Below, piece after piece: positions 25,703 to 35,300 of a stretch of 64,000 nucleotides of DNA. The stretch lies in assembly GCA_963713825.1 (NCBI GenBank), contig CAVQNG010000004.1:32001-96000 (forward strand). Reading direction: 5' to 3'. Position 1 is the first letter of the stretch. Every line of letters begins with the position of its first letter. The position numbers and the translations under genes are program-made. This DNA is from an uncultured Acidobacteriota bacterium (lineage in GTDB: Bacteria; Acidobacteriota; Thermoanaerobaculia; Multivoradales; JAHEKO01). The notes below the pieces were generated by a model. It was not told the DNA's origin. It did not search any database and worked only from the letters and a program-made list of their open reading frames with translations.

Positions 25703-25824
25703 GCCTCAATCCTATCCGGGCAGTGGCTCTCTGGCCTAGCTGGCGTAGTCCTTCAAAAAGGTGTCCAGACAGCGATACACTCTCCCTCTCTCGCAGCACA
25801 GCTCTCTGCCACGAACCCAATCCG

Positions 25825-27135
25825 ATGCCTCGACAGGAACTTCGTGCAGCACGCCAGTGGCGGTCGGAGCCGGCCTCCAAGCGTCGCTCCTGCGGCCTCC
25901 TTCTGGTCGTTGGCATGGTTTTCCTGGGTGCCTGCGCAGGCTCCTCGAAGGGCCTGGACACCAAGAGTCAGAGCCCCGCGGAAAGTACCACCCTGATCCT
26001 CATCAGCCTCGATGGCTTCCGCTGGGACTTCATGGAACTGGCGGAGACACCCACCCTGGATCGACTGGCGGCTTCTGGCGTTCGAGCCCAGCGCCTGATC
26101 CCCGTGTTTCCGACCAAGACCTTCCCGAATCACTACAGCATCGCGACAGGGCTCTATCCGGAGCATCACGGAATCGTGGCCAACAACTTCTACGACCCAG
26201 CCTTCGACGCCAGCTTCATGCTCGCCGAACCCGCTACCCATTCCGCCGCACACTGGTGGGAAGGGGAACCGATCTGGGTGACGGCGGAAAGGCAGGGCCT
26301 GACCGCCGCGACCTACTTCTGGCCCGGCTCCGAAGAGGAGTTCGATGGCATCCGGCCGAGCCATTGGAAACCCTACGATCAAGAGGTGCCCTACGAGGAG
26401 CGCATCGACCAGGTACTGACGTGGCTGGATTCCGATAAGAACGATCGGCCCGACTTCATTGCCCTCTACATAGACTTGATCGACACGGTCTCCCACTCCC
26501 ACAACCCCGAATCATCGCCGGAGGTCGCCGCAGCCATTCGCACAGTGGATGGCCTTCTGGGTCGCCTTCTCGAGGGTCTCGAGCTCTCGGGACATCTCGA
26601 CCGGGTCAATCTGATGGTGGTCTCGGATCACGGCATGGCGTCCACTTCGCCGGACCGGGTCATCTTCCTGGACGACTATCTGGCCACGGAAGAGCTCCGT
26701 ATCCTGGACTGGGACCCAGTTCTCTCGATCTGGACCGATCCCGGAGAGGAAGACGAGGTCTACGACACCCTGGCAGGAGCTCACCCCCATCTGAGAATCC
26801 TCCGGAAGGACGACATCCCAGACGAATGGCACTACCGGGACCATAGGAGAATCCCACCGATTCTTGGCGTCGCAGACGAGGGCTGGTCGATAACCTCTCG
26901 CCCCTTCTACGCCAGCAACCCAGCCTTCTTCGAGGGAGCCAACCACGGCTACGAACCCTCGATCGATTCGATGGGCGCTCTGTTCCTCGCCAACGGACCA
27001 GCCTTCGAAGAGGGCCTCATTGTTCCCCCGGTCGAAGCCGTAGACCTCTACGAGCTCATGTGCTCGATTCTCGGTCTTGAACCGGCCATGAACGACGGTG
27101 ATCTGGCGAGAGCTCAGCACCTTTTGCATCATTGA
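25825..27135 (+). CDS. Nucleotide pyrophosphatase/phosphodiesterase (NPP) family lipoprotein
   Basis: ISLDGFR, PTKTFPNHYSIATG, SDHGM, HGY; lipobox LGAC; start uncertain. Confidence 0.9.
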   Translation: MPRQELRAARQWRSEPASKRRSCGLLLVVGMVFLGACAGSSKGLDTKSQSPAESTTLILISLDGFRWDFMELAETPTLDRLAASGVRAQRLIPVFPTKTFPNHYSIATGLYPEHHGIVANNFYDPAFDASFMLAEPATHSAAHWWEGEPIWVTAERQGLTAATYFWPGSEEEFDGIRPSHWKPYDQEVPYEERIDQVLTWLDSDKNDRPDFIALYIDLIDTVSHSHNPESSPEVAAAIRTVDGLLGRLLEGLELSGHLDRVNLMVVSDHGMASTSPDRVIFLDDYLATEELRILDWDPVLSIWTDPGEEDEVYDTLAGAHPHLRILRKDDIPDEWHYRDHRRIPPILGVADEGWSITSRPFYASNPAFFEGANHGYEPSIDSMGALFLANGPAFEEGLIVPPVEAVDLYELMCSILGLEPAMNDGDLARAQHLLHH

Positions 27136-27139
27136 CGCC

Positions 27140-27289
27140 CTCCGGTGTGCAGTCCGTCACACATCTGTGACCGACTCCACTGCTGGTCCGACGGATTCTG
27201 GCTACATTGGTCTCGGTTCAGCATCCTCCTTTCTTCCCCCATACCGGCGATGGATCTCCCCTCCTTGATCCATCGCCACCTTTTTATTT
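27140..27289 (+). ncRNA. Candidate 3'-UTR/intergenic small RNA with anti-SD motifs, ending in an intrinsic terminator
   Basis: Hairpin GTCACA/TGTGAC; CCTCCTT at 27225-27231; terminator stem with loop TCCCCTCCTT. Confidence 0.4.
27246..27289 (+). terminator. Intrinsic terminator
   Basis: Perfect 11-bp stem GGCGATGGATC/GATCCATCGCC followed by ACCTTTTTATTT. Confidence 0.8.
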
Positions 27290-27308
27290 GGCCCCGGCCT
27301 CCCGCACG

Positions 27309-27333
27309 GGAACTTTTCGCCCACAACGTCGTA
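27309..27333 (+). promoter_or_regulatory. ECF-sigma-type promoter upstream of pspC (GGAAC-N16-CGTA)
   Basis: AAC -35 and CGT -10 signature with a 16-nt spacer. Confidence 0.55.
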
Positions 27334-27382
27334 GACTTGGGCAGCGAGCGCAAGAGTAGAGTCAAGAGACAAGGAGGTCGTC

Positions 27383-27598
27383 GTGCCCAATCCAAGGAAC
27401 CCACTTCGAAGGTCTCGAAGCCATCGGATGATCGCCGGGGTCTGCGGCGGCCTCGCCGATTGGCTCGGCTGGGACGTGACTCTGGTCCGGGTCCTCTACA
27501 TCATCGTGTCGATTCTCTCAGCGGCCTTTCCAGGCCTGCTGGCCTATGTCATCCTCTGGATCATCATGCCCGACGGCGAGCCAGCAACCACGGCATGA
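27383..27598 (+). CDS. pspC: PspC domain protein
   Basis: LRRSRSHRMIAGVCGGLA..VRVLY..LAYVILWIIMP; RBS AAGGAGG. Confidence 0.9.
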   Translation: MPNPRNPLRRSRSHRMIAGVCGGLADWLGWDVTLVRVLYIIVSILSAAFPGLLAYVILWIIMPDGEPATTA

Positions 27599-27666
27599 TC
27601 GGGACGATCGCGTTGACCACGGTTACCCGCTCAGTGGCCTTGCATAGCAGTCGGAGCAGTATCTAG

Positions 27667-28809
27667 ATGTTCGGCAAGCGAATCGAGCTGTTTCGGCTGT
27701 TCGGAATCCCCCTTCGAATCGACCTGAGCTGGTTCATCATCGCCGCCTTCCTTACCTGGTCGCTGGCCGAGAGCTTCTTCCCATCTCTAGCCGTGGGTCT
27801 GGCGCCAGCGACTTACTGGGCCATGGGAGTCCTGGGAGCTCTGGGGTTGTTCGCCTCCGTCGTGCTTCACGAACTGGCACATGCTTTGGTGGCTCGCCGC
27901 TACGGCATGTCGATCCGCGGCATCACTCTGTTCATTTTTGGTGGTGTCGCCGAGTTGGAGACCGAGCCACCCAGCGCCAAGGCCGAGTTCATGGTCGCCA
28001 TCGCCGGACCCATCGCCAGCGTGTTGATCGCCGCCACCTGCTTTCTGCTCATCGCCGCCCCATGGGGATTCTCTGGCACATCGATCGCGTTCGCTGTTTT
28101 GACCTACTTGGCCTTCATCAATCGAATGCTGGTCTTTTTCAACATGATCCCGGCCTTCCCCCTCGATGGCGGGAGAGTTCTCCGCTCCGTGCTCTGGCAG
28201 TGGAAGGGCGACCTGCCCTGGGCCACCTCCATCACCTCGCGAATCGGCAGCGGTTTCGGAATCGCCCTTATCGCGCTCGGCGGATTGCTGATGGTCCTCG
28301 GCCAGAGCGGTTTCAGCGGCCTGTGGTACATCCTGATCGGCATGTTCCTGCGCAACGCCGCTCGCATGTCGTACAAGCAGGTGATGCTGCGCAACGCGCT
28401 GGAAGGAGAGCTTGTCAGCCGCTTCCTGCGGCCCGAGCTGCTGGGCGCACCGCGTTCCATTTCTGTGGCCGAGCTGGTCGAAAACTACTTCAACCGCTAT
28501 CCAGTGCAGTCGATACCAGTCCTCGACGGGGCGCGTCTCCTGGGCTGCGTCTCAATCGAACAGATCAAGGAGCTCTCCCCCGACGAGTGGAGCGGACTGA
28601 CAGCTGGAGCCATTGCCGTCCCGTGCCCGCCGCAGCGTTTGATCACCCCCGATGGTGACGCGATGGCAGCATTGACGCGAATGAGTCAGAGCAAGAGCTC
28701 TCATCTCATGGTGGTCGAAGAAGATCGGTTTCTCGGCATTGTGGCGGCGCAGGATCTGCTTGAATTCCTGGCATCGCAGACCAAACTCGAGGCCTCTGAG
28801 GTTGCTTGA
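27667..28809 (+). CDS. Site-2 protease (M50) with CBS domains
   Basis: HELAH, AIAGP, FNMIPAFPLDGG; C-terminal CBS pair. Confidence 0.92.
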   Translation: MFGKRIELFRLFGIPLRIDLSWFIIAAFLTWSLAESFFPSLAVGLAPATYWAMGVLGALGLFASVVLHELAHALVARRYGMSIRGITLFIFGGVAELETEPPSAKAEFMVAIAGPIASVLIAATCFLLIAAPWGFSGTSIAFAVLTYLAFINRMLVFFNMIPAFPLDGGRVLRSVLWQWKGDLPWATSITSRIGSGFGIALIALGGLLMVLGQSGFSGLWYILIGMFLRNAARMSYKQVMLRNALEGELVSRFLRPELLGAPRSISVAELVENYFNRYPVQSIPVLDGARLLGCVSIEQIKELSPDEWSGLTAGAIAVPCPPQRLITPDGDAMAALTRMSQSKSSHLMVVEEDRFLGIVAAQDLLEFLASQTKLEASEVA

Positions 28810-28893
28810 CACCCCAGTGGATCACGGGATAGCCTGCCGCCCAACCACGCTAGAGAGAGTTCACCTCATCAGTACGATCATGGAGGCCAGAGA

Positions 28894-30453
28894 TTGAGCG
28901 TTGAGGGACAAGCCCGAGAACAATGGGGCACGAGAATAGGCTTGGTTCTGGCCATGGCCGGCAATGCCGTGGGGCTGGGCAACTTCCTGCGATTCCCGGT
29001 GCAAGCTGCCCAGAACGGTGGCGGCACCTTCATGATCCCGTACTTCATTTCGTTCCTACTGCTGGGCATCCCCATGATGTGGATCGAATGGGGAATCGGC
29101 CGCTACGGCGGTACTCACGGCCACGGGTCGGTACCCGGCATGTTCGATTTGTTGACCGATCGCAAGAAGCCCTGGGCCAAGTACCTCGGCATTCTGGGCG
29201 TTGTCATGCCTTTGGTGGTCTTCATTTACTACACCTATGTCGTGTCGTGGATGATGGGCTTCAGCTTCTTCAGCCTCACCGGCGACTTCTTCGGACTCGA
29301 CAACGTCGATGACATGCGCAACTACCTGTACTCCTACCAAAACATCTTCGAAACCTCCTCACATGGAGGTTGGGTTGCGCTGCTCTTCTTCCTGATCACC
29401 ATCAGCTTTCTGGGTTGGGTCCTGGCGCGCGGCATCAGCGCCGGGATCGAAAAGCTGGCACTGATTGGCATGCCCATCCTCTTCCTGTTCGCCTTCCTGC
29501 TGCTGGCGCGGGTCTTGACTCTGCCTCCCGTAGAAGCCTCGCCAGCCGAGGGTCTCAACTTCATCTGGAATCCCGACTGGAAGAGCCTCGGTAACGCCAA
29601 GGTATGGCTCGCCGCAGCAGGCCAGATGTTCTTCACCCTTTCGGTCGGAATGGGAAGCATCCAGACCTATGCCTCGTACCTCCGCAAGAAAGACGATGTA
29701 GCACTGACCGGTCTCTCCACGGCCTCGACGAACGAGTTCGCAGAGGTCGTTCTGGGTGGCACCATCGCCATTCCGGCAGCAGTCGTCTTCTTCGGAGTAG
29801 CGGGTGCAACGGCCATCGCCAACCGGGGATCCTACGACCTCGGAATCGTTGCCATGGGGGTCGTGTTTCAAGGTCTTCCGGGCCCCCAGATTCTGGGTCA
29901 GTTGGCGGCCTTCCTGTGGTTCTTCCTGCTCTTCATTGCGGGAGTCACTTCCTGCGTCGCGCTCGCCAGTCCGACGATCGCCTTTCTGCAGGAAGAGATC
30001 GGCCTGACGCGACGCAACGCCGCCAGGTCTGTAGCGGCACTCGGATTGGTGCTCGGCCTGTTTCATGTCGTCTTCTACCAGAAGGGTGTCTTGGACGAGT
30101 GGGATTACTGGGCTGGAACGTTCGGCCTGGTGCTCTTCGCGACGATCGAGATCATCCTCTTTTCCTTCGTCTTCGGTATCGACCGCGGTTGGGACGAGCT
30201 GCATGAGGGTGCCGACATCAAGATCCCCAGAATCTACAAGCCGATCATGAAGTGGGTGACACCCCTGTTTCTCATCACCCTGTTGACCTGGTGGACGGTG
30301 ACCGAGGCCATTCCGAATGTTCTGATGAAAGGGGTGACCGAGGCCGGTAACATCCCATACCTCTGGCTCGCGCGTATCCTCATGATCGCCCTGGTGGTCG
30401 TCGGGGCGATATTGATTCGGCGGTCGTGGGTTCACAGGACCATGGATTCGTAG
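28894..30453 (+). CDS. Sodium-dependent transporter, NSS (LeuT-like) family
   Basis: REQWGTRIGLVLAMAGNAVGLGNFLRFP, AAAGQMFFTLS, NEFAEVVLGG. Confidence 0.92.
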   Translation: MSVEGQAREQWGTRIGLVLAMAGNAVGLGNFLRFPVQAAQNGGGTFMIPYFISFLLLGIPMMWIEWGIGRYGGTHGHGSVPGMFDLLTDRKKPWAKYLGILGVVMPLVVFIYYTYVVSWMMGFSFFSLTGDFFGLDNVDDMRNYLYSYQNIFETSSHGGWVALLFFLITISFLGWVLARGISAGIEKLALIGMPILFLFAFLLLARVLTLPPVEASPAEGLNFIWNPDWKSLGNAKVWLAAAGQMFFTLSVGMGSIQTYASYLRKKDDVALTGLSTASTNEFAEVVLGGTIAIPAAVVFFGVAGATAIANRGSYDLGIVAMGVVFQGLPGPQILGQLAAFLWFFLLFIAGVTSCVALASPTIAFLQEEIGLTRRNAARSVAALGLVLGLFHVVFYQKGVLDEWDYWAGTFGLVLFATIEIILFSFVFGIDRGWDELHEGADIKIPRIYKPIMKWVTPLFLITLLTWWTVTEAIPNVLMKGVTEAGNIPYLWLARILMIALVVVGAILIRRSWVHRTMDS

Positions 30454-30489
30454 GTAACACGGGCGACCATCCACACTCGGGAGCACTCC

Positions 30490-30606
30490 ATGACGCCATT
30501 CGCTCTGTTCTTCATGTTCACCAGCATGGCCTGTGTCACGCTTCTGGCCGGCTGGTGTCTTTACCGAATCCTCACCACCCCTGCCAAGCCGGACGATGGG
30601 GACTGA
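30490..30606 (+). CDS. 38-aa single-TM protein, probable NSS transporter small subunit (MetS-like)
   Basis: MTPFALFFMFTSMACVTLLAGWCLYRILTTPAKPDDGD*, RBS GGAG, directly after the NSS gene; absent from the ORF track. Confidence 0.7.
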   Translation: MTPFALFFMFTSMACVTLLAGWCLYRILTTPAKPDDGD

Positions 30607-30640
30607 CCTCGGGCACCGGCCCGAACCTGGAGCTTCGACC

Positions 30641-31072
30641 ATGAAAAAGACAGCGGCGGCGGCCACAGTCTTGGTCCTCGGAATAGTCCTGATCAACAGC
30701 TGCGGAGGTACAGAGGCTCCGGAGTCCGACGTGCCGCCGAGGTCCTACGAAATGCGAGGCATGGTCCGCCAGATCTCGACGCCGGACGCCGCAGAGCGCC
30801 AGATCTGGATCCACCACGAAGCCATCCCCGAGTTTGTCGACATTCGCGGTAACACGGCACCCATGGATGCCATGACCATGCCCTTCCACCTCACTGAAGC
30901 CGTGGATCTGTCGGAAGTAGAGGTGGGAGACAAGGTGAGCTTCCGCCTCGACGTCGACTGGGGTGCCGGCGTGCCGGCCCGCATCGGAAATCTGGAAGTA
31001 CTAGAGCCCGACACTCCTCTCGCCTTCGAGGAAGCCGGCACCGAAGAGTCCGCCGAGCACGGCGACCACTGA
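30641..31072 (+). CDS. CusF-like copper-binding lipoprotein
   Basis: Lipobox INSC; IHHEAIP...MDAMTMPF...VGDKVSFRL. Confidence 0.8.
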   Translation: MKKTAAAATVLVLGIVLINSCGGTEAPESDVPPRSYEMRGMVRQISTPDAAERQIWIHHEAIPEFVDIRGNTAPMDAMTMPFHLTEAVDLSEVEVGDKVSFRLDVDWGAGVPARIGNLEVLEPDTPLAFEEAGTEESAEHGDH

Positions 31073-31112
31073 TCACCTGCCCGGACAACCTGCCTCTGGA
31101 TGGACTCCGACC

Positions 31113-31781
31113 TCAGCCTGCTGCGGCGAGGCTGTCGAGGAAACCCTGGCAACGAGTCCTGAATTCGTCGGTCCACTCGTGACCGCCGGAGAAGAGCTCC
31201 ACATCGGCCTCACAACCCAGGGAACGCAGGATCTCGAGGTCCGATTCGAGCTTCTCCTCGCTGTACCACTCGTCCGAAAGGCCCCGGCCGATCAGCACTC
31301 GTGGCCTGGACGCCAGGTCCCTGCCGGCCAGCTCGGGAGGAACGTCCCCGCCCAAGGCCACAACGCCGTGACAGAGATGGTCGACACCTGCGGCGGCTCG
31401 GTATGCCATGGCGGTCCCTTGTGAGAAGCCGAGGTAGACGAGCGGTGCGGCGATCTGCTCTGTTTCGACGACCCGAGCGACGACATCACCGACGAACGCA
31501 ATGTTGTCAGCGATGGCGAGCTCTCTGTCCTGTCGGGTCATCCAGCTGGCCACGACCTCCTGAGACCGGGTGTTGTAGAACCGATTCAAGCCCTGGATCG
31601 AAACCACGGTCCAGGCTCCGATGCCCGGAATGGTTTCGACCTCGGCCAGCATGTCGGCGGCGCTCATTCCATAGCCATGCGTCGCAATCAGCAGGCCGTG
31701 GGAACCGCTCTTCGCTTGACGTATCAGATATCGGCCGTGTACGCGGGCTGGTAGGACTTCGACCCTGGCTTCACTTCCCAT
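31113..31781 (-). CDS. Alpha/beta hydrolase (phospholipase/carboxylesterase family)
   Basis: HGYG, GFSQG nucleophile motif, DEWY, GGH; start at ATG 31781 overlapping the trpA end. Confidence 0.8.
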   Translation of the reverse strand: MGSEARVEVLPARVHGRYLIRQAKSGSHGLLIATHGYGMSAADMLAEVETIPGIGAWTVVSIQGLNRFYNTRSQEVVASWMTRQDRELAIADNIAFVGDVVARVVETEQIAAPLVYLGFSQGTAMAYRAAAGVDHLCHGVVALGGDVPPELAGRDLASRPRVLIGRGLSDEWYSEEKLESDLEILRSLGCEADVELFSGGHEWTDEFRTRCQGFLDSLAAAG

Positions 31782-32604
31782 CCGCGGCCTTCCGGCGGCG
31801 CTTGGACCGATCGAGTCCGGCCGCCAGTCGTTCGACTTCGCCCGCGAGTAACTCTGGGAGATCCTCTCTACCGTGATTCTCCTCGACCAACCGAACCAGG
31901 GCGCTGCCGACGACGACCCCATCCGCCACCTTGCCGACTGCAGACACCTGCTCCGGAGAGGAGATCCCGAAGCCGACCGCCAGAGGCAGGTCCACCTTGC
32001 GCCGGATCTTCTTGACCTCTTTCTGAAGCTCACTGGTGAGGTCCTTCTGGACTCCGGTGACACCGGTTCGCGACACATAGTAGACAAAGCCGGACGAAGC
32101 CTCAGCCACGATCCTGACCCGCGCCGGAGTGCTGGTCGGAGACAGTAGATAGATCGAGTCGACACCTGCCGCGCTGCAAGACTCCCGGAAGCCTCCGTCG
32201 TCCTCGTCCGGCGGCAAATCGACACAGAGAATCCCGTCGACACCGGAGATCGCTGCCTGCTCGGCGACAGTCTGAAGACCATGCGCCAGGAGAGGGTTGA
32301 AGTACGAGAACAGGACGATGGGGATATCGATTCGAGTCCTCACCCGGGCGATCATCTCCAGGATCCCTGGGAGTGTCACTCCGGCCTCCAGAGCGCGCAC
32401 CGCAGCCCGCTGATTTACGGGTCCATCCGCGATGGGATCACTGAAGGGCACCCCCACCTCGATGATGTCTCCTCCACCTTCGGCCAGTGCCTCGATCAGC
32501 CGGCCCGAGGTTTCAAGATCGGGATCGCCTCCCGTGAGATACGGAATGAACGCGGCCCGCTTCTCTTCGCGGCAACGGGCAAAGGTCGTCGCTATGCTGC
32601 TCAT
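31771..32604 (-). CDS. trpA: Tryptophan synthase alpha chain
   Basis: [38 protein letters not shown]. Confidence 0.96.
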   Translation of the reverse strand: MSSIATTFARCREEKRAAFIPYLTGGDPDLETSGRLIEALAEGGGDIIEVGVPFSDPIADGPVNQRAAVRALEAGVTLPGILEMIARVRTRIDIPIVLFSYFNPLLAHGLQTVAEQAAISGVDGILCVDLPPDEDDGGFRESCSAAGVDSIYLLSPTSTPARVRIVAEASSGFVYYVSRTGVTGVQKDLTSELQKEVKKIRRKVDLPLAVGFGISSPEQVSAVGKVADGVVVGSALVRLVEENHGREDLPELLAGEVERLAAGLDRSKRRRKAADGK

Positions 32605-33878
32605 CGATCGCCTCCCCAGACGACGTGCTTCCAGGTTTCAGCAGGGTGCCGGCTCGCTCCGGCCTCCTGGCGCTCCGACTCACTCCTCTTCGCGTCGTAC
32701 TCGAGGACCGACTCGACGTCCTTGTCGCCCCGACCCGAGAGGTTGATGACAACAATCTTCTTGGATGACAGATGGCGCGCGTGCTTGACGGCCTCGGCAA
32801 TCGCATGGGCCGACTCCAGAGCCGGCAGGATCCCCTCGGTAGCGGCCAGCAGGTGAAACGCGTCGATGGCTTCGGCATCGGAAACCGACGTGTACTCCAC
32901 TCTGCCCTCGTCGTGCAGAAGCGCGTGCTCGGGCCCGATCGCCGGGTAGTCGAGCCCAGCCGACACCGAATGAGTCGTGGCTATCTGACCATGCCGATCC
33001 TGCAAGACCATGGTTTTCGTGCCGTGGAGGACCCCGGTTCGACCGCCTTGGAAGCGTGCAGCATGCTCTCCCAGATCCCCACCCACACCGCCTGCTTCGA
33101 CACCGATCAGACGCGTCCTGCGCTCCTCCAGGAAGGCACTGAACAAGCCTATGGAGTTGCTCCCGCCGCCTACACAGGCCACCGCCAGGTGCGGCCACTC
33201 CTGCCCCGCCTGCTGGCGTAGCTGGCGGCGGGTTTCCTGACCGATGACCTTGTGGAAGTCCCTCACCATGCGCGGATAGGGATCGGGACCCAATACCGAA
33301 CCGAGAACGTAGTGGGTAGTGCGAACATTGGTCACCCAATCGCGAAGCGCTTCGTTGATGGCATCCTTCAGCGTCCGGCTACCGGCATCCACTTGCACGA
33401 CTTCGGCACCCAGAAGGCGCATCCTCTCCACATTGAGCCGCTGCCGCCGCATGTCCTCTTCGCCCATGTAGACCGTGCAGGTCTGTCCAAGGAGCGCCGC
33501 CGCGGTAGCCGTCGCCACGCCGTGCTGGCCCGCTCCTGTCTCGGCAATGATGCGGTCCTTGCCCATGCTCTGGGCCAGCAACGCCTGACCGATCGCGTTG
33601 TTGATCTTGTGAGCACCGGTGTGCAGCAGATCTTCGCGTTTGAGAAAGATCTGGACACCACCCAGAGTGCTGCTCAATCTGTCGGCAAAGTACAGAGGTG
33701 TCGGGCGACCGGCGTAGTGGGTCAGCAGATCCTTGAGTCGGCGCTGGAACTTGCGCTGTTTGGAGACACGGTCATAGGCCCGCGCCAACTCATCCAGAGG
33801 CGCCATGAGCGTCTCAGGAACGTATCGCCCTCCGTAGTCGCCGAAATAGCCTGGTCGTTGATCACTCTTCTTGCGCAT
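32601..33878 (-). CDS. trpB: Tryptophan synthase beta chain
   Basis: [42 protein letters not shown]. Confidence 0.97.
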   Translation of the reverse strand: MRKKSDQRPGYFGDYGGRYVPETLMAPLDELARAYDRVSKQRKFQRRLKDLLTHYAGRPTPLYFADRLSSTLGGVQIFLKREDLLHTGAHKINNAIGQALLAQSMGKDRIIAETGAGQHGVATATAAALLGQTCTVYMGEEDMRRQRLNVERMRLLGAEVVQVDAGSRTLKDAINEALRDWVTNVRTTHYVLGSVLGPDPYPRMVRDFHKVIGQETRRQLRQQAGQEWPHLAVACVGGGSNSIGLFSAFLEERRTRLIGVEAGGVGGDLGEHAARFQGGRTGVLHGTKTMVLQDRHGQIATTHSVSAGLDYPAIGPEHALLHDEGRVEYTSVSDAEAIDAFHLLAATEGILPALESAHAIAEAVKHARHLSSKKIVVINLSGRGDKDVESVLEYDAKRSESERQEAGASRHPAETWKHVVWGGDR

Positions 33879-34491
33879 CGTGCACCTCGCGAATGAACCG
33901 TCTCATGAGCTCCGGATCCTTGATGCCGGGTTGAGATTCTATTCCTGAGCTCACGTCCACAATATCAGCGCCGCTGCGGGCGATGGCCTGCAGAACATTC
34001 GATGGACGCAATCCACCAGCAACAATCACCGGCTTTTCTCTGCTCAGACCCGCCACTCTCTCATAAGGCCAGGTGACTCCTGACCCACCGAAGAGCGTCG
34101 GATGATCACAGTCGAAGAGGTAGCCCCATGCATCCGAGAAGTCGCCGAGTACCGCTGCGTCGAAGTCCGCGCCGACTCGAAAGGCCTTGATGGCCCGATC
34201 GCCGAAAGAGCGAACCGAACCGGGATTCTCATCACCATGAAACTGCAGAAGATCGAGTCCGACACAGTCGGAGATTTCCTGAATTTGAGCCGGGGGCTGG
34301 TTGACGAAGACGCCTACCAGCTTCACCCGTTCCCTGACTCTCTCGGCGATCTGCGTCGCCGCTGCCACTTCCAGGCAACGCGGGCTGCCGGGCCAGAAAT
34401 TGAGACCGACAAGATCGGCTCCCAGCTCGGCTGCCCTGACCGCGTCGTTCTCGCGGGTCACCCCACAGATCTTGATTCGGGTTCGAGCCAT
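33862..34491 (-). CDS. trpF: Phosphoribosylanthranilate isomerase
   Basis: [27 protein letters not shown]. Confidence 0.95.
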   Translation of the reverse strand: MARTRIKICGVTRENDAVRAAELGADLVGLNFWPGSPRCLEVAAATQIAERVRERVKLVGVFVNQPPAQIQEISDCVGLDLLQFHGDENPGSVRSFGDRAIKAFRVGADFDAAVLGDFSDAWGYLFDCDHPTLFGGSGVTWPYERVAGLSREKPVIVAGGLRPSNVLQAIARSGADIVDVSSGIESQPGIKDPELMRRFIREVHDAQEE

Positions 34492-34508
34492 GGCTGGCGT
34501 GACTTCCT

Positions 34509-35300
34509 CTAGCTTCTGCCGAGTAGTTCTTGCAGCTTGGCGCCGGGATCGTCGGCCAGCAGCAGGCTCTCACCCACCAGAAACGCGTCGAAACCGGCCT
34601 CTGCCAGTCGGTCGATGTCTCTGGCCCCTGTAATACCGCTCTCGGACGCCTTCAAGGACCCATCGGGTAGGCCTTTCGCGAGCTCCATCGAGTTGTCGAG
34701 GTCGACCTCGAACGTCGCGAGGTCACGGTTGTTGACTCCGACGATCTCCCAGGCTGCATCCGAGAGCCTGGCCACCTCTGTCGTGTCATGCGTCTCGATC
34801 AAGGGGATCAGACCAAGAGTCCTCGCATGGTTGGCGTAGGCGGCCAGCTCGACGTCAGAAAACAGGGCCGCGATGAGAAGAACCGCGTCTGCCCCCGCCT
34901 GCCGCGCCCATTGCAGCTGTATTGGATGGACCACGAAGTCCTTGGCCAGGGTCGGCAACCCGCTGTGGCGCCGACATTCGGCCAACAGCTCATAGCTGCC
35001 GAAGAAGTAATCCGGCTCGACGACGACCGACAGTGCCGCGGCGCCGTTCTGGGCATAGACCTCGGCTTGACGCAGCGGATCGAGCCTGCCCTGCAGCGAC
35101 CCGATCCGGGGAGACCCCATCTTGACCTCGGCGATCAAGGCGCGTCCGCGATGCCGCCGCAAGGAGGTCGTAAAATCGTTCTCGACCGGGCACTCGGGTT
35201 CAGGCTGTGCCTTGGGGGGCAGCCCCTTCCCCATCTCGGCCTCGACCTTCCGACGACGGTTCTCGACGATCTGTCGCAGGATAGCCGCCGGGGGACTCAT
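34509..35300 (-). CDS. trpC: Indole-3-glycerol phosphate synthase
   Basis: IAEVK..SP, KDF, GADAVLLI, GVNNRDL, SESGI, LVGESL. Confidence 0.95.
   Translation of the reverse strand: MSPPAAILRQIVENRRRKVEAEMGKGLPPKAQPEPECPVENDFTTSLRRHRGRALIAEVKMGSPRIGSLQGRLDPLRQAEVYAQNGAAALSVVVEPDYFFGSYELLAECRRHSGLPTLAKDFVVHPIQLQWARQAGADAVLLIAALFSDVELAAYANHARTLGLIPLIETHDTTEVARLSDAAWEIVGVNNRDLATFEVDLDNSMELAKGLPDGSLKASESGITGARDIDRLAEAGFDAFLVGESLLLADDPGAKLQELLGRS

Noticed and set aside
27129-27224. Minus-strand 31-aa ORF (MLNRDQ...) preceded by AAGGAGG
   Set aside because: The SD abuts the ATG with no spacer and the peptide has no features; the motif is better explained as a + strand anti-SD
31782-32282. N-terminal 167 aa of the 389-aa hydrolase ORF
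   Set aside because: It overlaps trpA in another frame; the hydrolase domain starts at 31781
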